IMG/VR virus record: IMGVR_UViG_3300031957_003334
Span: 1 to 56,309 of that record
Reading direction: 5' to 3' (one strand)
Length of the DNA: 56,309 nucleotides
DNA from: a virus
Lineage: Duplodnaviria > Caudoviricetes
A program made the translations under genes and the position numbers. The notes beneath the pieces are model-generated. The model was given only the letters and a program-made list of their open reading frames with translations. It had not been told where the DNA came from and made no database searches. Shown here piece after piece: positions 56,219 through 56,309 of the stretch (position 1 is its first letter; each line of letters starts with the position of its first letter).

Positions 56219-56240
56219 AAAAAAGCCGCCCGAAGGCGGC
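56219..56240 (-). terminator. Rho-independent terminator after the RNA gene
   Basis: Minus strand GCCGCC-TTCG-GGCGGC-TTTTTT: 6 bp GC stem, cUUCGg tetraloop and U tract. Confidence 0.9.
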
Positions 56241-56309
56241 TGGTGGAGGTAGGGAGAATCGAACTCCCGTCTTGTCTAGTTCCGCAGAAAGGTCGTTCAC
56301 AAGGTTAGG
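56241..56309 (-). ncRNA. ssrA: tmRNA, 3' end only (5' part outside the window)
   Basis: Minus strand ...TAACCTTGTGAACGA...GAC GGGAG TTCGATT CTCCC TACCTCC A CCA: T-arm, acceptor 3' strand with U at the position equivalent to 70 (Ala G3.U70), discriminator A and encoded CCA. No canonical anticodon arm upstream. Confidence 0.7.

Noticed and set aside
1-56309. Stop-codon reassignment as seen in some large phages
   Set aside because: Code 11 already gives near-complete coding density with very long ORFs, and TAA, TAG and TGA all end genes at tight overlaps.
1-56309. CRISPR array or tandem DNA repeats near the Cas4-like gene
   Set aside because: No regularly spaced direct repeats were seen by eye and no other cas genes are present.
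56241-56309. Ordinary tRNA-Ala
   Set aside because: The region upstream of the T-arm does not form a 5 bp anticodon stem with a 7 nt loop. tmRNA fits better, although the gene is truncated by the window edge.

Overview
This window looks like part of a large tailed (myovirus-type, probably jumbo) bacteriophage genome in the standard genetic code. Every credible gene is on the minus strand. In transcription order (right to left) it holds: (1) the 3' end of a probable tmRNA with a UUCG-hairpin terminator; (2) a PIN-PhoH gene, a HExxH metalloprotease and a Cas4-like nuclease; (3) a ~17 kb tightly coupled glycan cluster with about 7 glycosyltransferase genes, a WbpA/B/E/D-like diamino-uronic-acid pathway, formyl-, methyl- and sulfotransferases, WbqC, a deacetylase and a DUF2061/CysC-HAD/HxGH-nucleotidyltransferase module; (4) a T4 gp55-like late sigma factor; (5) a ~32 kb baseplate/tail module (muramidase-bearing hub, gp25-, gp6- and gp7/LamG-like proteins, several large orphans, four tail-collar-like proteins); (6) a RuvC-like resolvase, a small protein that may be an internal head protein, and a truncated HAD nucleotidase gene under a sigma70-type promoter. 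The most interesting signal is that a subset of virion proteins is heavily enriched in the tripeptide [S/T]-[G/A/S]-S while neighbouring virion proteins nearly lack it. These genes sit just downstream of an essentially cytosolic glycosylation/sulfation cluster, which suggests a phage-encoded virion O-glycosylation system with its own sequon and possibly a minimal, undescribed ATP sulfurylase. All family calls come from recognising motifs by eye; no searches were run.
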